The position numbers were made by a program, and so were the translations under genes. The notes beneath the pieces were generated by a model. The model made no database searches, was not told the DNA's origin, and worked only from the letters and a program-made list of their open reading frames with translations. A DNA stretch of 50,612 nt from Ktedonobacteraceae bacterium (GTDB lineage: Bacteria; Chloroflexota; Ktedonobacteria; Ktedonobacterales; Ktedonobacteraceae): assembly GCA_025928885.1 (NCBI GenBank), contig JAICIM010000001.1:1-50612 (forward strand). Reading direction: 5' to 3'. Position 1 is the stretch's first letter; every line of letters starts with the position of its first letter. Of the stretch, positions 48,344-50,612 are shown piece by piece.

Positions 48344-48372
48344 TTGACTTTTAAAAAATCTGAGGGTATACT
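48344..48372 (+). promoter_or_regulatory. Sigma-70-type promoter of the pyrB leader
   Basis: TTGACT (48344-48349), a 17-nt spacer and TATACT (48367-48372). The cTTGACTTTT...TATACT hexamers are the same as in the permease promoter. Confidence 0.65.
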
Positions 48373-48434
48373 CTTAGCAATTTGAGACAAGTTTCCCGCT
48401 AATTTTCAGACACTGGAGAAGGTGTAGCATCATC

Positions 48435-48605
48435 ATGGGCTTGACTGTGTGGATCGAGACAATACAAACATCGTGGGGATGTTGTCTTTTTCAAATGCAG
48501 GATGGGCCTGGTGTTCTCGCATTAGGAAGAGTGTTTCTTCCTCACCCCATTGATTCGGGGGTGAGGATTTTTTTTAATCTGGTGATCGCGGATTTCGTTC
48601 AATAA
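48435..48605 (+). promoter_or_regulatory. Candidate 56-codon leader ORF reading through the pyrB attenuator
   Basis: ATG 48435 opens the frame MGLTVWIETIQTSWGCCLFQMQDGPGVLALGRVFLPHPIDSGVRIFFNLVIADFVQ*. It spans the hairpin and T-run at 48540-48575. The GGAGAAGG element is 12-16 nt upstream, which is long spacing, so translation is uncertain. Confidence 0.3.
48540..48575 (+). terminator. Intrinsic terminator (attenuator) in the pyrB leader
   Basis: cctcacccc / ggggtgagg forms a 9-bp GC-rich perfect stem, followed by A and eight T. It lies about 170 nt upstream of the pyrB start. An upstream competing hairpin aggaaga/tcttcct (48525-48543) overlaps the 5' arm. An earlier hairpin plus T5 lies at 48456-48491. 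Confidence 0.7.
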
Positions 48606-48742
48606 GCGCGTCAAGGGCGGGTCTTTTCCCCGATGTCCCATGTTGGACGGCACGGCGGGGAATGATGACCTGTCAACCTATCGTTATCAAACGCGCTGTA
48701 AGGCGTGATGAGCAGGTCCCATCAGACAATGCTGGAGGTTAC

Positions 48743-49735
48743 ATGAGCCAGGTCGCATTTCGCATTCGCAACGAGCTTGCAATGATCAACGGTGATTTTC
48801 GTGGCAAAGATATTGTTTCTCTGGATCAGTTTGCTAGACAGGACATTGAAGACCTTTTGCCCGTCATCCAGCATATGAAACATCTGGCGGTCAATCACGA
48901 GGTGTCTCATCTCCTGGCCGGGCATCTGATCTCACTGCTGTTCTTTGAACCTTCCAGTCGTACGTTCTCCTCTTTCGCTGCTGCTGTAAAGCGTCTGGGG
49001 GGACAGACTATCGAAATTCAAAACCCGGAGACCGTCTCTTCCGTGAGTAAAGGGGAGACTTTTGAAGATACGATCCGCGTTTTCGAGGCATATTCTAGCG
49101 CGATTGTGCTGCGCCATCCTGTACCCGGTTCGGCACGCACTGCTGCTCGTGCTGCTCAGGATATACCAGTTGTCAATGCGGGGGACGGCAATAACGAACA
49201 TCCGACGCAAACACTGCTTGACCTGTATACTATTTACGAGAGGTTCGGGCGGCTTGAGCATCTCACCGGTTTGCTAGCAGGCGATGTTTTTAATAGCCGC
49301 ACCTTGCATTCGCTGATGCGGGGTCTCTCACTCTTCAAGAATAATATTGTATACTTACTGTCACCACCACAGTTGCGCCTGGACCGTACGGACCTGGCAC
49401 AATTTGTCGAGAGAGGTCTCAGAATCATTGAGATCGACAGCGAAAAGGATATTCCGCGTGATTGTCAGTTCTGGTACTGGACACGCATTCAAAAAGAACG
49501 TTTCGCTTCTTTAGATGCTTATGCGGAAATCGTTGCAAAAAACTTTACTGTAACACCTGCTTTGCTCGATACCTATGCGAGCAAGAACACAATCTTGATG
49601 GACCCGTTACCCAGAGTTGGCACCATTGATCCGGCAGTCGATGATGATGAGCGGGCAGTGTACTTGCGCTCACAGATCCGTAATGGACTCTATACGCGCA
49701 TGGCGCTGCTGGCGTTGATTCTAGGGAAGGCTTAA
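48743..49735 (+). CDS. pyrB: Aspartate carbamoyltransferase catalytic chain
   Basis: FFEPSSRT, the HPTQ motif (NEHPTQTLLDLYTI) and DPLPRV are present. ATG 48743 is preceded by GGAGG. The track start at 48662 is probably too early. Confidence 0.9.
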   Translation: MSQVAFRIRNELAMINGDFRGKDIVSLDQFARQDIEDLLPVIQHMKHLAVNHEVSHLLAGHLISLLFFEPSSRTFSSFAAAVKRLGGQTIEIQNPETVSSVSKGETFEDTIRVFEAYSSAIVLRHPVPGSARTAARAAQDIPVVNAGDGNNEHPTQTLLDLYTIYERFGRLEHLTGLLAGDVFNSRTLHSLMRGLSLFKNNIVYLLSPPQLRLDRTDLAQFVERGLRIIEIDSEKDIPRDCQFWYWTRIQKERFASLDAYAEIVAKNFTVTPALLDTYASKNTILMDPLPRVGTIDPAVDDDERAVYLRSQIRNGLYTRMALLALILGKA

Positions 49736-49756
49736 CGTACATTGAAAGGGATGACA

Positions 49757-50612
49757 ATGCAGCATAATACTGTGCATAGTGATCTGCTTATTGCGAACTC
49801 TACCGAACCAGCCCCTCAAGTGCTCGCTCATCATCGTCCTGCCAGATCACAGGGGGCGCTCCTACTGGAAGATGGTACGGTGTTCGAGGGCATTTCGTTT
49901 GGATATGAAGGCCCGGTTGCAGGCGAGGTGGTGTTTTGTACGGGGATGGTTGGCTACCCTGAAACCCTGACCGACGCCTCTTATAGAGGGCAAATTCTGG
50001 CGATGACCTATCCCCTGGTTGGAAACTATGGGGTGCAGGATCGCTCTACCTGGGAAGATGACCGTATCCACGTGGCCGGGCTGATTGTTTCCGACTATGT
50101 TGATACTCCTTCACATGCCCAGAGCACCATGTCGCTTGCGACATGGTTGAAACAGGAGGGGATTCCAGCTCTCGAAATTAAAGATACGCGTCTCCTCACC
50201 AAACATATCCGAACGCATGGGACGATGCTGGGCAAAATTGTCTTTGACGATGACATCCCTTTCTATGATCCCGACCTCGAAAATCTGGTTGAACAGGTTT
50301 CGGTGAAACAAATGTTACGCGAGGGTTCTGGTGAGACAACGATCGTGCTGATCGATTGTGGGGCCAAGCGCAACATTCGCCGCAGCCTGCTCGCCAGAAA
50401 TGTGCAGTTGATTACCGTTCCCTGGGATTATGATCTCTTCTCTCCCACGAATAACTTCGATTTCGATGGCATCTTGATCTCCAACGGGCCGGGCAACCCA
50501 CAATTGGTAGACACAACCGTTCGGACGATACGCACGGCCCTGGAGCGCAAGATCCCCACGATGGGCATCTGCCTGGGCCATCAGTTGCTGGCGCTGGCGG
50601 CTGGTGGTGAGA
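49757..50612 (+). CDS. carA: Carbamoyl-phosphate synthase small (glutaminase) subunit, 3'-truncated by the window end
   Basis: This frame is not in the ORF track because it runs off the window. My own translation gives ALLLEDGTVFEGISFGYEGPVAGEVVFCTGMVGYPETLTDASYRGQILAMTYPLVGNYG ... ISNGPGNP ... MGICLGHQLLALA. The start is ATG 49757 or 49751. Confidence 0.9.
   Translation, partial: MQHNTVHSDLLIANSTEPAPQVLAHHRPARSQGALLLEDGTVFEGISFGYEGPVAGEVVFCTGMVGYPETLTDASYRGQILAMTYPLVGNYGVQDRSTWEDDRIHVAGLIVSDYVDTPSHAQSTMSLATWLKQEGIPALEIKDTRLLTKHIRTHGTMLGKIVFDDDIPFYDPDLENLVEQVSVKQMLREGSGETTIVLIDCGAKRNIRRSLLARNVQLITVPWDYDLFSPTNNFDFDGILISNGPGNPQLVDTTVRTIRTALERKIPTMGICLGHQLLALAAGGE

Noticed and set aside
46622-48742. 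PyrR-binding anti-antiterminator sites in the two pyrimidine leaders.
   Set aside because: The nearest look-alikes to the Bacillus consensus (A/G)(A/G)UCCAGAGAGG(C/U)U are GUUCCAGUACCAGGGAAUGAGGCUU and CUGGAGAAGG, which are poor matches. No pyrR gene lies next to the cluster. PyrR control cannot be excluded without a covariance-model search.

Overview
This window looks like ordinary bacterial chromosome. Coding regions are moderately GC-rich and intergenic spacers are AT-rich. I count about 42 protein genes and one tRNA-His, and I saw no rRNA, CRISPR array, transposase, integrase or phage genes. The gene content would fit a Chloroflexota/Ktedonobacteria-like or other Terrabacteria genome: tricorn-like protease, GH57, predicted PPi-dependent PFK, F420/LLM oxidoreductase, GAF-PAS class III cyclase and many signalling proteins. 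That lineage call is an unverified guess.

Recognisable housekeeping blocks:
- sucC-sucD
- a translationally coupled PFK-deoB-GNAT operon with a phosphoglucomutase/phosphomannomutase downstream and a divergent nucleoside hydrolase
- cysE
- metY plus a CoA-binding protein
- a pyrimidine cluster of uracil permease, pyrB and carA (carA is cut by the window end)
- two two-component systems (LuxR-type and OmpR-type)

Observations worth a second look, most interesting first:
1. A single-gene membrane-spanning TIR protein (TIR, one TM helix, pentapeptide repeats) at 2468-3778. It is bracketed by an imperfect direct repeat and by a relic that resembles the C-terminal tail of the neighbouring glycoside hydrolase, which suggests the TIR gene was inserted.
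2. Two similarly built promoter / leader-ORF / U-tract / terminator attenuators in front of the uracil permease and pyrB.
3. Three adjacent genes from families linked to DNA-alkylator tolerance: an AlkZ-like glycosylase with a Q-x-Q motif, a GyrI-like protein and a DinB-like protein.
4. Pho-box-like 7+4 phased direct repeats upstream of the DUF4870 gene and the OmpR-type operon.
5. A deacetylase/GNAT pair placed behind sucCD after a perfect 25-nt palindrome.

All functional calls rest on motif recognition by eye. No database search was run.
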